Below, piece by piece: positions 1 to 11,708 of a DNA stretch of 64,000 nt. The position numbers and the translations under genes are program-made. The stretch comes from Klebsormidium nitens (taxonomy: Eukaryota > Plantae > Klebsormidiophyceae), in assembly GCA_000708835.1 (NCBI GenBank), contig DF237137.1:95815-159814 (forward strand), written 5' to 3'. The notes below the pieces were generated by a model that ran no database searches, had not been told where the DNA came from, and worked only from the letters and a program-made list of their open reading frames with translations. Every line of letters begins with the position of its first letter. Positions within the stretch are counted from its first letter, which is position 1.

Positions 1-500
1 CGAGTGTCGAGTTTCGGAACCAAAAAGTCCGAAATCGGGTTAGAAAACCGGTTTGCGCAGAGGGTTGGTTTGTTGGGATGTTTGGCTCGGGGGTGCAATT
101 TGGGGTTTTCAAACCAGGTTTGCAGCGCGAAAAACGCGCGGTCAAGGGTTCTGGGTGTGCGAACGCATTTGAGGGGTTTGAAATAATGGGGAAGGTGCGC
201 TTTATGGCTCGGAAAGCTGTGTGGTTAGGTAATGCGAGCAGCGAAAAAGAAGGAAAGTAAAGTATCGAAACCAGGGTTTTCAAGGCCGGTTAAGCGCAGG
301 TTAAGGGGAGGTTTTGGTATCGGTCAGATAGCGATAGTAGTACATACCTTCTGTTGGCAGCAGTCGCTGGCCATCGTCGTGGGGGCGCACGGACTGCCGG
401 TGCGCCGTGCTCATGCGCCATCGAACCAAAGTGATATATATCTGCACTCGTTGCATTCATTATGCATCGCTGACATCATCTTCCGTCTTCCCCCCCGCAG

Positions 501-1045
501 TGGACAAGTTCCACTTCAAGAAGAACCATGTGGGCCGGTGGTGCGCAGAACACACAAACCCGTACAAGCATCCCGAGCTGGAGTCGGCGAACATGTCGGT
601 GTGCGAACAGCGCTTTAAATGGTGGGGCCAGTTCCGAACATCTCTGAGGTGAGAACACTGTTCATGCGTCATTCGCTGGAGCAACTGGACAATGTTGTTT
701 CATGCAAAGTGCTAGGAAAGTCGTACCAGAAAAGTCACATCAAGTATAGTCTGCCGCAGTGCGACAAACTTGCAGCTCCAAAGTGCCTATCGACCGTTCT
801 TGCCGAGTCAAACTCGTACATCTAGAGAGCTGTTTATGTTCCGGTCTAGGTACATGTCCGAGCACCGCTTCCGCTTCATGATCCTGGTGATCACAAAGCT
901 GGATCACATGAAGCGAAACGCGGAGCAAGACAGGCAGCTGCGGGCCCTCGCTGCGGCCCACGCCGCCACCAGGACCACCAAGGACAGACAAGCTACCACT
1001 GCGACACCTACACTAGCGAATCAGGTGATCGAACTCTCGGTCTAG
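501..1045 (+). CDS. KDZ (Kyakuja-Dileera-Zisupton) transposase, 3' exons only (501-648, 850-1045); 5' part upstream or outside the window
   Basis: Splicing cgcag|tggac..ctgag|gtgag and ctag|gtac gives VDKFHFKKNHVGRWCAEHTNPYKHPELESANMSVCEQRFKWWGQFRTSLRYMSEHRFRFMILVITKLDH. This matches the KDZ C-terminal signature (D-x-F-H-x(3-4)-H, C-x(3)-N-P, N-x(3)-CEQ-x-F-x-W, M-x(3)-F). The upstream exon could not be resolved. Confidence 0.8.
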
Positions 1046-1288
1046 TCTAGTCCATGTCCATCTCCCGGCCATTTGAAGCGGATGCTGACTTGTTGCTCTT
1101 GTCAGAGTTGTCGGAGTCCGATTCGTCTTGCTGCACAGCAACCAAGCAAGAAGGTATCAGTGACTCGCGGTAGAAGGGATTCGGATCCGTAATCTTGACG
1201 TAAGCAGGCCCGCAGGAGATTCTAGATAAGTTGCACCGACTTCCGATTCACTTTCAAGGACTTTGCTTAGGCCAGCAGCTTTCGCAAC

Positions 1289-4080
1289 TTACGCGCGCTT
1301 GCGGGAGCGCGCCGGAAGGAACGTGTCCAGAGTCATGCCGATCCGGTTCAGGTTGTTGATCAGCATGATGTTCTCGTCCTCGGTCTTCGGAATCATCTTG
1401 ATGAAGACCTCTTGTTTTTGTTTGCTCGACGACAGCTTGACCATCTCCTTGACGGACCCGAAGCAGTGCACAGAATCGTCGTCATGCGACGAGATGTAGT
1501 CAAACACACTCTTGATCTGTGCATTGTTGCCCTGCGTCCTCTTCTTGGAGACCTCGATTCTTCCGATGGTCTCGTCAGGGAAGGCCCGAAAGAGTCGCCT
1601 TGCCTTCTGGTCCAGGGGGGTCTGCAAGAGGCAAAAGGGTTTTCTTTGAGAGCCGCATGCCAGCTTCCAAAACTCTCAACACGGATGCAGCCGCACAAGA
1701 GGTTGCAATAATACATGCACGCCTGTACATGATTTGAGAAGGAGGAACTTTCAGACTGTAGAATCGATAAATGTCGAGTATGCTTACCAACTCGTTGGCA
1801 ACGTCATCTTCTTCTTCGAGATCCTCGTCATCGTCTTCGTTCGCATCCTCGTCAGGGTAACCGAGCTGCTTCCAGCCAAGGACCTTACTGCACACCTTGA
1901 TCACGTCCTGGTCGTTCTCAAACTCAATCCGTTGCCTCGTGGTCAGGTTGACAAAGTTCCAAGCCTGCCGCACGTCTTCGTCGGTGATCAAGAAAGCCTC
2001 AGGATGATCGAGCAGAGCCGGGTAAGACGGATCCAGAACGAGGTTCATTGCTCTGAAGATAGCTGAGATTTGGAGCACCTCGCCCTTGGCCTTTGAGATG
2101 ATCCCTGCACGAAAAGCGCGTCCTTGAGTCCTTCGCCTTTCTGATCTGCTTCCTGGTGTCCGCGACTGTAAATACTCATACATCCCGTCTGCTGGGAGCA
2201 ATTATCTTCAGAGAGCCGTGAAGATTCTCTGCTTTCAAAAGCCGTGCTCACCTGCTTTATGGAGGAGGTCCTTGAGGTACAGCTCACGCAGCACTTTCTG
2301 GATGCTGTCAAAGCCCTGGCCAAAAACGTCACGGGCACTCCCTGCCAGCTTGAAGATCGTGACATCCTTGTCGTCGTCCAGACTATGCGTCAACCAGTAA
2401 AGCCGGTACATCAGCTGCACATCAAGAAACAGGAAACAATCAACAGCGAGACAATGGAGGAAGCAATTCCTAAGTCTGTCTAAGGAGTTTTGTCGATTTC
2501 GAATTCTGCGAACCAACTGCTGAGCACGAGTTGCTCATTCGTCACCAGAAGCATCAGGGTCTTACCTTCTGCATGAGGTCGTTGTCCTGATCGATGATTT
2601 GCTGCTCTTCTTCACCGATGCACAACTGGCCTGCACAGTGGTTTCATTATGATCAGATTCGACTCGCCTTGCAGGAACGCACAACCTGACATCCCAAGGA
2701 CCAATTCCAGGATCGGAGACCATCAAACAGCTGAGAGAGTCCAAACCAAATACTTACTGAAGTCGGGGAACTCCGGGGGGGGGAAAGCCATTTGGTAGCG
2801 GTTCATCAATCCATCATTCGGAGTCTTGCTCAGCTCCCTCTGGAGAGGCTCCGGCTGCGTGAACCTGCCAATGCACACGTGTGTATACTCGCAGGTTTTG
2901 CTCTCATTGTTGTCATTGACCAGCTCTCGCGTCCAGCTGCTTCCCCCTTTAAGTTGCAAGGCTCGAACCCTGTCGTTGTTCCCCTTCTTGTACGCATCCA
3001 ACATCTCGAAGAACTGGTGAGCCTCTTCGAAGAGAAGCATCCCTGAATGATCTCGAGCCTTGAGGAGCATCTGGAACAGTCTTTCGAAATTGACCTGCGC
3101 AAACATTACATCTTTTTATGCAGGTGTACACCAGTGCTCGTTGATTGATACCAAGCCTGCTTCAGGATTGAAACCAGCTGTACTCGCAGTCTTGATTGAT
3201 TCGTCTACATCTGGCCTGCGTAGATTGACAACCATTTTGCCAATGATCAAGAATAGAATCCTTGTATCCTGCCTTTGAATCATATTCCTCACGCATGAAA
3301 CCGGAAACATGCACCAAATGATCGGATCAGACAAGAGAGTCGCATGCAGATTCGAATCTGGCAATGCTCCAAGATGATGCCCTACAAAATGATCAGTAGC
3401 TGCAGACGTGTAATTTGAGCAACTTGACGGAATGATCTATAAATATACAAATGATCAGACTATTCATGAGACTATGACAGTCGTTCAATATGCACATGAC
3501 AATCTATTTCGAGCTGAGAGATTGGATTGAGCAGATATTGATGCACGCGCAATCATCAATCTCGACAAGACGAACTCAAGCAATCAAACTGAAAGATTCG
3601 ACTCACCGCCCCGTCGCACTTCACTTTCAGAAAGCTGATTTCAGACAGGAGCTTTTCGAGCTCAGCAGATCCTTCTCTGTATACCTCGCGATCGACGCTC
3701 TTCAATACATGTTCCATAATCTCGTCGTTGATGAGGCGCTCCACCACATCAATGTTAGTGCTGATTTTGTGGTACGCCTGGAACTTGCCAAAACCGCTAG
3801 GGCCGACACAAAACCCCCAGTGAATGAGATTACTCTTCCATTCCAATCCCTCAACCTCAACACGAGAGTTTGGTCCCAGAAAGTATGAAGCACAAGACGT
3901 TAGTGGTACCATCAGCATCCAGGAGCTAACACCAATTCGCTTTCCCATTCTCTGGAGCATATTCAGCGCCTCACTTGGAAACGATGTCTTTGCGTTTTCT
4001 TCATTGATGATCAAGCAGACCGCTCGACTCTGGTTAGCAATGGAGCTTTGGTCTCCAAAGCTTGATCGTTTTGGAGGCAT
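1289..4080 (-). CDS. DUF3987/YfjI-like P-loop NTPase (putative helicase), multi-exon
   Basis: Exons at about 4080-3607, 3098-2754, 2630-2566, 2420-2247, 2110-1788 and 1625-1289, several with clear gtgagt/gtaag donors. Motifs: HWGFCVGPSGFGK (Walker A-like), GMLLFEEAH (Walker B-like), IGRFTQP, NDGLMNRY and GIISKAKGEVL, as in DUF3987 proteins. Confidence 0.7.
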
Positions 4081-5019
4081 CCTGTCAGCTGCTAGGTCCT
4101 GCGGTTTGGAATGAACGTAGTTGCGAAACAGAAGAAGCGCCTCGGAAAAAGATCTCCAGCTGATCAGCACATTCAAATATACCCTGGCAAGCTCTCGGCC
4201 GTCCAAACCAGACAAAACCTGATCAAAGTAGAAATCAAATGCGAAACTATTGAAAAGGCGCCACTAGATGCTCTTTAGCTTGCAATGCAAATAGATTGTC
4301 TCCCCTCACAAGTGTTTCCTTGGAACAAATTCCAATTGTGATCACCACGGTCTCACCTAGGAGTCAAATGATAGCTAGCTCGAAATGAGTCGACGCAATT
4401 TATCTTGAGAAAGCTTTATCTGAGCTTCACTGACTCAGCTTGCCTTTGAATTTGAATTTTCGATTGCAAAACCCCCGAGGTATGAGCGAGCGACCGCCGG
4501 CCGCACCGCGGTGCCCGGTACGTTACACTGGCTCGATCACTGAGCCGAGCCTATAGACTAGAGTAGCTATCAGCTAGGCTATACCGTCCGGCTACTGGCC
4601 GGCGGCCGCGCGACCCGTCCTGTCGCGACCGACGATTTGAAACTGTATATATCATTTAGATCGGCAATGCGTCGGGAAGCCACGGTGCGTTGTTGACGCA
4701 AGTCGTTGGCCAAAGTGGTCAGTCGACTGCAAGCGTCGTCCCGTGGCGGTTTGCTCGAGTTCGAATCCTCGACCGGACAGTTTTTTTTCCCCCAATCCAC
4801 ATGATTAATTGGTTGATCCTCATATTTTTCAGCCCTAGGTCCTAGGAACCATCAAGAACACCTTATTCGACATCCCCCTAGATCTTGGAAAAACTTCAGA
4901 GCTGTTTTGAGCAAGGCGAGACGCTTTGCATGTGTGCGCCTCTCACTAAAGCTACCGCGTTTCTTGCCATTTTCGAGTGACTGTGCTGCCATCATCTAGA
5001 CCGTGACAAGAACAGAGAA

Positions 5020-8000
5020 ATGGAGCCAGGTCGAAAGCGGCCGGAGTCATGCGTCAGGCCGAGCATTCGTGAGGCGATGCGCAGGAATCGCGACCAGATC
5101 ATATCAGACATGCCCGGCTTCGAGTTGCTCAGCGAGCCTCTCGTCATGAAATACTTCAAGACGTTGGCCGAGTTGTTCAACTTTGCAGGCTCCTACTTCG
5201 ATTCGGAAAGGCTGTTGCTTTTGGCTAGACAAGACCCAGAATTTGGGAACTACAGCTACTACGCGGTCACGATTGATGCTTTTCTCAAAAGGTGAGCCTG
5301 CAACAAGCCAGTGCAATTCGTTGTGGTTGAGACACGTGATGAAGAACACCTCGAACCTGATCTTTGAGCCAATCGATTGTCAATGTAGTTTTAGGACTCT
5401 AAATCAGTATCACAGCTCAGGCTTCCATTATCACGATCATCCATCAATCGAGTTGCGCATACTAATCAGTGACGATGATCAGCTGACAGTACCAAATGCC
5501 TATTTCAACGCAGCTTCCAGGCCAATAGGCTTCAATGGCAACACACTTACGAAATCTTCCAAACGGTGAGCCCTCAATATGCTCTGAATCTTTCATGGCA
5601 GGTCCTAAACCTTGCAGAATCTATCTTCCAAGCCGCGTATCAATCCCATGTTGAAAGATTTTCGAACGCGACTCTTTCCTTTCTGCGATCTCGCTGACTT
5701 TCCTCTTCGAAATTGCAGGGGCGGCGATGTCACTTGTTTTTTGACCTGGAGTACCGCAAGGCTTGCAACCCCAACCTGTCGGCACATGATCTGGTGGATA
5801 CAGTGCTCTTGATCACCGAAGAGATCTGTCGAGAAACATATGGAACGGGGATCTGGAGAGAACGCATCGTTGAATTAGACGCCTCGTATGCCAGTAAGCA
5901 TACCTGAACCATCACTGAATCATTCAAAATGTGGAAGAGTAGAGTCGTCACTTTCAATCTGGATGTTCGCAAACAAGATGGATTCGCTGGTGAATACATT
6001 GGTTCGACATGCACTTCATTGGCAAGGATCATCATTGAACGCTCTCGTTTTTTGCAGGCAAGTTCAGCCGGCACATCATAGTTCCCGTTTACGGCAGGTG
6101 CTTCGCAAACGTCCATGAAGACATGAAGTGCTTCGTTGACAAGGTCAGTAGACATCGCCATACGTTTCAAGCTTATGCTGAAGGTTGAATCTCATTCACC
6201 CTCAGTCACTTGTCTGCAGATTGAAGTCGATTCTTTTTTAACGAAACACCTGCCTTTTGCTGCTTTCTAGATATGCGCAAAGATCTACCAGCTGGCGCAA
6301 TCAGGGGACGAGTCTGCGAAGCGACTACTGGTAAACCAAGGACCGAATCTGCCTCAGACTCTGGTCATTGACCATTCAGTTTACACAAAGACAAGACACT
6401 TCCGAACCATCTTCTCCACCAAACAGCAAGGCCCAGACGTTCCGTTCACCCCGACCTGCAGATTGTTCACCGAACAGGTAAGGTCTATACATGGAAGAGC
6501 CGGGCTAACTCTGCTGGTTTCCCAGGCCTCAGGAAACGACACGAACGAAAGATCCAACGTAACTTGCTTTTGGAAGCAGCTTGCGGAAACAATTTGTCCA
6601 TCGACTCACATGTATCTTACTGTCTCCGTCTTGCAGAACCTGACTCATCAAATCACGCACTCGTTCGCCTCTCTGGTGCCTTTGTCTAGTACACCACTTC
6701 CCTCACTTCAAACGCCGGAGGTGACCCCGACACCCTTCTCCAATTCCAGATCGTCTCCCAATAAGCAGAGTAGCAAAATCAATCTAGGCTTAGTTCTGAA
6801 GTCTGAAGAGCAGTATGACGCGTCTGGATATCATTACTTACAATAATTCGGCTGCTCTGCAGGACCATTCTGCTCAAAGTGACAAGGCGACACCAACCGG
6901 AACATCTGCAGTGAGCACAAACGGGTCAATTCACATCAGAAGCCTGGAGGACTTCGTGACGGCGTCCGTTCGAGTTTTCTCACGATCACTATCACGATCA
7001 CGAGGTTCGGCCAAAAAAGTCCACTGCACTGTCATCTCTTAATGCTTCCAGTTTTCATGCATCCCATCCTCCTACGCAATCTGCACACACAAGCTTAACT
7101 CGAAGAATTTAGGTTCACCTCTCAGCCAGCCTTTTTAAACACGCAGGCGCGAGCATAACGTCCAGAATCATCATCAACAAGGCTTTTCTATCGTACTCGT
7201 TTAAAGGCTTCAAGTTCTGCCAAAACGTCAACCGAAACCATACGCAGAACAACGGTGAGCCCCAAGAACAAAACACTCCTCGCACATAAGCTTCGGCTTT
7301 CCTGTACCTGAAAACCCCCGGCTTGCTTCTTTATTCTCGCAGTCATTGAGCCCCATCCCACGAGTCTCCTTCAGACAACAAACTCCGCGTTTAAAACACT
7401 CTTCTTGCAGTCTACATGGTAGTGGACCTGGTTCAAGGAGTATTCTACCAAAAATGCCACGCCCCTGCATGCCAAGGTGAGATCATCAGCTGCTAGCAGC
7501 AACGCAATAAACGTGCAAAGCATTTAAACATAAGAATGCCTTGATCTAGTGCTGAGCACATTATTCAGAACTGAAAAGACACTAAACAACTTTTGCCTTG
7601 CAGCAATAGGATACAGGTCTCCGTTCAAGTCGCTGCCAAACAGTCTGGTCGAAGAAGCGAGGGCGGCGGTTTGCAAAGCTCTGGGGCAAAGCTCACCTGC
7701 GAAGTCTCCTGCGTGGGGGGAGCTCGAGGAAGTAGACCCAGCTTTTACTTCCGCCGTGAGTTGAAACGATCCACGAATTGAATCAGTTCTTGATTTCTTA
7801 CGATTTCCATTCTTATTCGTCGGTACACAACAGGCGAGTTGCATCGAACTGTGTTTTAGTACTTTTCGTGAGTTGAGCAAATCTTGTCTTTTCCCATGCA
7901 GGCCCTGCAAGTTCTACACGCGCTCGAAGATCGCCCCACGAAAAAGGCGAAGGCAGAGCAAGCCCCGGAGACACAGGTGGGAAATCCGGTTCCCGCCATA

Positions 8001-8849
8001 CTCGATCGTGTGATTCAGCTTCTTTCAAGAACATACAAGTCACACGCATCGAAAACAAGTTTCCCAGGTGCTCGCGCTGAGGCCAAACATGATTTGCAGA
8101 CAAGGCCACTCCCCGCCGAGCTGGAAGTCCAAAATGCGGCCGCTTCAACCCCAAGCAGATTGATGCCCCGAACTCCGGACGAAATCAGCTTTCCTGCATA
8201 TCTCACGGTGAGCGGTGCCAATTCATGTTATCTGACCAAACATTGAAGTACAGAGAGTCTATTCTTTTCCGGGTGGAAAACCTTTGAATCTGGTTAATGC
8301 ACATTGGGTTAAATCTAAACCATATTTCACACCGCGACTTCATAGAGTTTCGGATACGACGCTTCAGACTAACAATGCCCTTTCTTTACTGACAATGCCC
8401 ATCTTTCAAACGGCTCGTCCCCTGCTGACGTCAGCGCCTGGAACGCTGACAGCGGAGCCTCTCAGATCCAGAAAGCGGCATCAAAAGTTTCTCGTGGTAC
8501 AGCTTGAAACACGTATGGAGCACAAGACCAACAGCCTTTCGCAACCTTTCAGGTGGACAGGGCACGCGCGAATGTCGACTCGGAGGCGGCCGGGGGAGGG
8601 CCAGCGGAATGGGGCGCTGATGCGCGGCCGCTCGAGACGGCCCCGGGCGACGCTGACGTCAGCGAGCAGTTGTTGAACGAGACCGGGCAGGGAAACGGGC
8701 ACGCGGTCGGGGGAGAGCCCTCGGGGTGGGGCGCCGATGCGCGCGAGCAGCCCACGCAGCCGCTGACGGACGCCGCAGCGGAGGAGGGCGGCGACACGCA
8801 GCCCCTCGAGCCGGCCCTGGACGAAGCTAATGCGAGCGTATTGGGCTAA
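5020..8849 (+). CDS. PRIMPOL: PrimPol-like archaeo-eukaryotic primase-polymerase with C-terminal UL52-type Zn finger, ~12 exons
   Basis: Exons 5020-5291, 5514-5565, 5719-5893, 6058-6143, 6271-6477, 6637-6720, then about 7140-7254, 7410-7477, 7610 onward, 7900-8205 and 8552-8849. They give HTYEIFQTGRRCHLFFDLE (motif I DxE), ELDASYASKFSRHIIV (motif II SxH), VIDHSVYTKTRHFR (motif III) and FCQNVNRNHTQNN...VYMVVDL...FYQKCHAPAC (C-H-C-C). The 3' exons are less certain. Confidence 0.88.
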
Positions 8850-9284
8850 TTGCCAATTGCAGATGGGTAGTTCGAGCGTTGATGATGTCGGCGAATGTGG
8901 TTACATCTTTGTCAGGACCTATTGAGACACAGAGTTGAGATTCAGGTCAGCGGCGCTCTACAGTTGCAGTCTTTCTATACGTGGGAAACATTTCCGACGC
9001 CTTGCTATAAGTCCGCCTTGACGCCTGTGCGACCTGTGTAGAACTCGCTGGAAGATATATACCAAGCCTGTTAACGTTCCGATTCGATCAGAGTGTGGAA
9101 AATATATGTACATGCTTTAAAGAGACGCTTCCAGAGCGAAACAGTATTCTGTCTTTGGTTACTGGAAACACATGAGAAGACCGTACCCAGAATCCGGCAT
9201 GATCATGAATAAGTCACGATGAATCAAAGCTGTGCTTGGCCAACAAACGCAAGAATGAAGCTTGTCAGGATATATGCAAGTCAA

Positions 9285-10350
9285 TCTCATCATTCTCCTC
9301 GTTCTCCTCAATGAGAAGAATGAGGCGGAGGAGAACGATGAGGGCCGGGGTAAAGGCGCCCCCGAAGGATGAGGATGTGAGGCATAATGAACGGGAAAGC
9401 ATTTGCACCCGTACTCATCCTCCTCCTCATTCTCCTCAATGAGAAGAATGAGGCGGAGGAGAGCGATGAGGGCGGGGGTAGAGGCGACCCCGAGGATGAG
9501 AATGAGTGCGCAAAATGAACGGAAGAATATTCTTACCCGCCCTCATCGTCCTCCTCATTCCCCTNNNNNNNNNNNNNNNNNNNNNNNNNNNNNNNNNNNN
9601 NNNNNNNNNNNNNNNNNNNNNNNNNNNNNNNNNNNNNNNNNNNNNNNNNNNNNNNNNNNNNNNNNNNNNNNNNNNNNNNNNNNNNNNNNNNNNNNNNNNN
9701 NNNNNNNNNNNNNNNNNNNNNNNNNNNNNNNNNNNNNNNNNNNNNNNNNNNNNNNNNNNNNNNNNNNNNNNNNNNNNNNNNNNNNNNNNNNNNNNNNNNN
9801 NNNNNNNNNNNNNNNNNNNNNNNNNNNNNNNNNNNNNNNNNNNNNNNNNNNNNNNNNNNNNNNNNNNNNNNNNNNNNNNNNNNNNNNNNNNNNNNNNNNN
9901 NNNNNNNNNNNNNNNNNNNNNNNNNNNNNNNNNNNNNNNNNNNNNNNNNNNNNNNNNNNNNNNNNNNNNNNNNNNNNNNNNNNNNNNNNNNNNNNNNNNN
10001 NNNNNNNNNNNNNNNNNNNNNNNNNNNNNNNNNNNNNNNNNNNNNNNNNNNNNNNNNNNNCTTACCCGCCCTCATCGTCCTCCTCATTCCCCTCAATGAG
10101 AAGAATGAGGCGGAGGAGGACGATGAGGGCGGGGGTAGAGGCGCCCCCAAGAATGAGCAAAGTGAGACGGATGAGAAAGATGAGTATGAGGCCTACAATG
10201 AAAAGGTGAACGGAAGGATGAGGAAAGTGAATCTTTCCGTCTCACTGGATGAGAGAAATGAGGAGTTCAGTGAGGAGAATGAGAAAATTCATCCCGGCTC
10301 CGGGTGAGTTCACCCGGGACTAGGATGAAAGGAGGAGGATGAGGATGAGA
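9285..10350. repeat. ~128-bp tandem array with an internal imperfect palindrome, interrupted by the assembly gap
   Basis: ctcaatgagaagaatgaggcggagga recurs at about 9307, 9435 and 10093. Each unit contains ctcatcgtcctcc...ggaggacgatgag inverted arms. Confidence 0.85.
9565..10060. other. Scaffold gap (496 N)
   Basis: Run of n, flanked on both sides by the same repeat unit. Confidence 1.
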
Positions 10351-10356
10351 CCCGAA

Positions 10357-11330
10357 TCATGTAATTCTTACATCTCCATTGGTACTTCGTGCATTGTCAG
10401 GCAGCAAGACCGAGCTTCGCTTGGGTTCAATAACCACACTATGCGTCCTGCAAAACTCTGCCGTAACAAAGTTGTGAGTCGCGCCCGAATCAAAGAGAAT
10501 GTTCGCTTCGGATCCTGCAGCTTTGCATCCAAAAAGCATGCGTAGAGAACTCGACTTTGCAGCAGCACTGATAACGTGAATTGCACCTCTCGTCAAAACC
10601 GCTTCCCTTGAGGCTCTGTTAGGACCTGGCCCGTTTACTGTCTAGACTCCCTTTGATCACTTTGATTCGCGAATCTAACCTTTTTTCACGGCGGATACAC
10701 CACTTTTTGCATGGCTGATTAATCGGCTCAGCTGCGCCGGGCAACTGCAGGTGAATGCATCTTGACCCCCGGGGCGGGACCCCGGTTAGTAGGTTATGCA
10801 GTCCTCACAAAAATTGCAGCTGCGTGAGCCAAGCGCTGGTCGGTTCTTCGGAGGCCAGATTGCATATTACTCAAAGTCCATCTAATAGTCGAAGTCATGT
10901 CAAGGTTTCATGTTTAGCGTATAAGGTTGCGCGTCGACCGAAAATCTACCACCCCCCACTTTGATGTTGTCAGACCACGTGGTTCTGGAAACCCTGGTTT
11001 CGGCAATGGTTTGCAGCAAACCCTCCACATCTGTGCGCCCTATATTACCCATTTCTGCACCAAAATGCTCTATCCAAAGCACCTGGGCAATGGCCATGAG
11101 TGGTGGCCATTGCCGGCAAGGCTTCTTTGAGCAAAGAAGATGCTCATTTGATACTTATAGGCGACACAATCACCCCAGTGTTGCAAACCTCTTACAAACC
11201 CATATTTATGAAAAACATGCCTCTGATTGGCTCAGAAACCTGGGATGACCTCGGAGGTTTTCGGTCGACGCGCAACCTGACCTTTGACAACCGACATAAC
11301 GTCTCATCCACTTGTTCTTTGAAGTGACCG
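10357..11330 (-). mobile_element. Decayed Ty3/gypsy-like LTR retrotransposon gag-protease fragment
   Basis: ANILFDSGATHNFVTAEFCRTHSV is a retropepsin D-S-G-A motif. The upstream minus-strand frames are broken by stops. No RT or integrase was seen. Confidence 0.65.
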
Positions 11331-11708
11331 GCTTCCTTTTTTAGCTCAATTGCAGACGTACGATCCCGAAGTCAATCACGAGGTTCATGTCTTCTCTTTG
11401 GGTGCATCGATTTGTGATGTATGTGCTGATTAAGCCATTTGGCTGAAGGTTGGCATATTTGTCGCAAATTTTGTCCTCGATCAGACGTCAAGTTCATTAA
11501 ATTGTATAACCGGTTGACTCGATTATAAAACAAGCTTCCTTTGAGTTTCAAATTCACATGTTACGCAGTCAATTGCAATTGCGCGAGCCGCAGAGCCAGC
11601 CCGAGTATCTCCCACCCCCTTCGAGCCCACATTTGGACTTACCACCAAATTAATATACTCAGAACTATATTCAGAACTACCCTCCGAGCGACTGTCCATG
11701 TTGGATGA

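Larger units (their letters stand above)
1..8900. mobile_element. Putative composite KDZ DNA transposon carrying primase and NTPase cargo (boundaries unknown)
   Basis: Inference from the adjacency of transposase, DUF3987 NTPase and divergent PrimPol. No TIR or TSD was identified, and the left end lies outside the window. Confidence 0.4.

Noticed and set aside
3110-3300. Segment reading EEYDSKAGYKDSILDHWQNG..DCEY as an extra DUF3987 exon or echo
   Set aside because: Nucleotide similarity to the next exon is too weak, and no clean splice sites could be assigned.
9403-10209. Long ORFs in the six-frame track spanning the gap
   Set aside because: Artefacts of translating N's plus low-complexity repeat sequence.
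9285-10350. Possible CRISPR array
   Set aside because: Units are contiguous with no unique spacers, and the context is eukaryotic with no cas genes.
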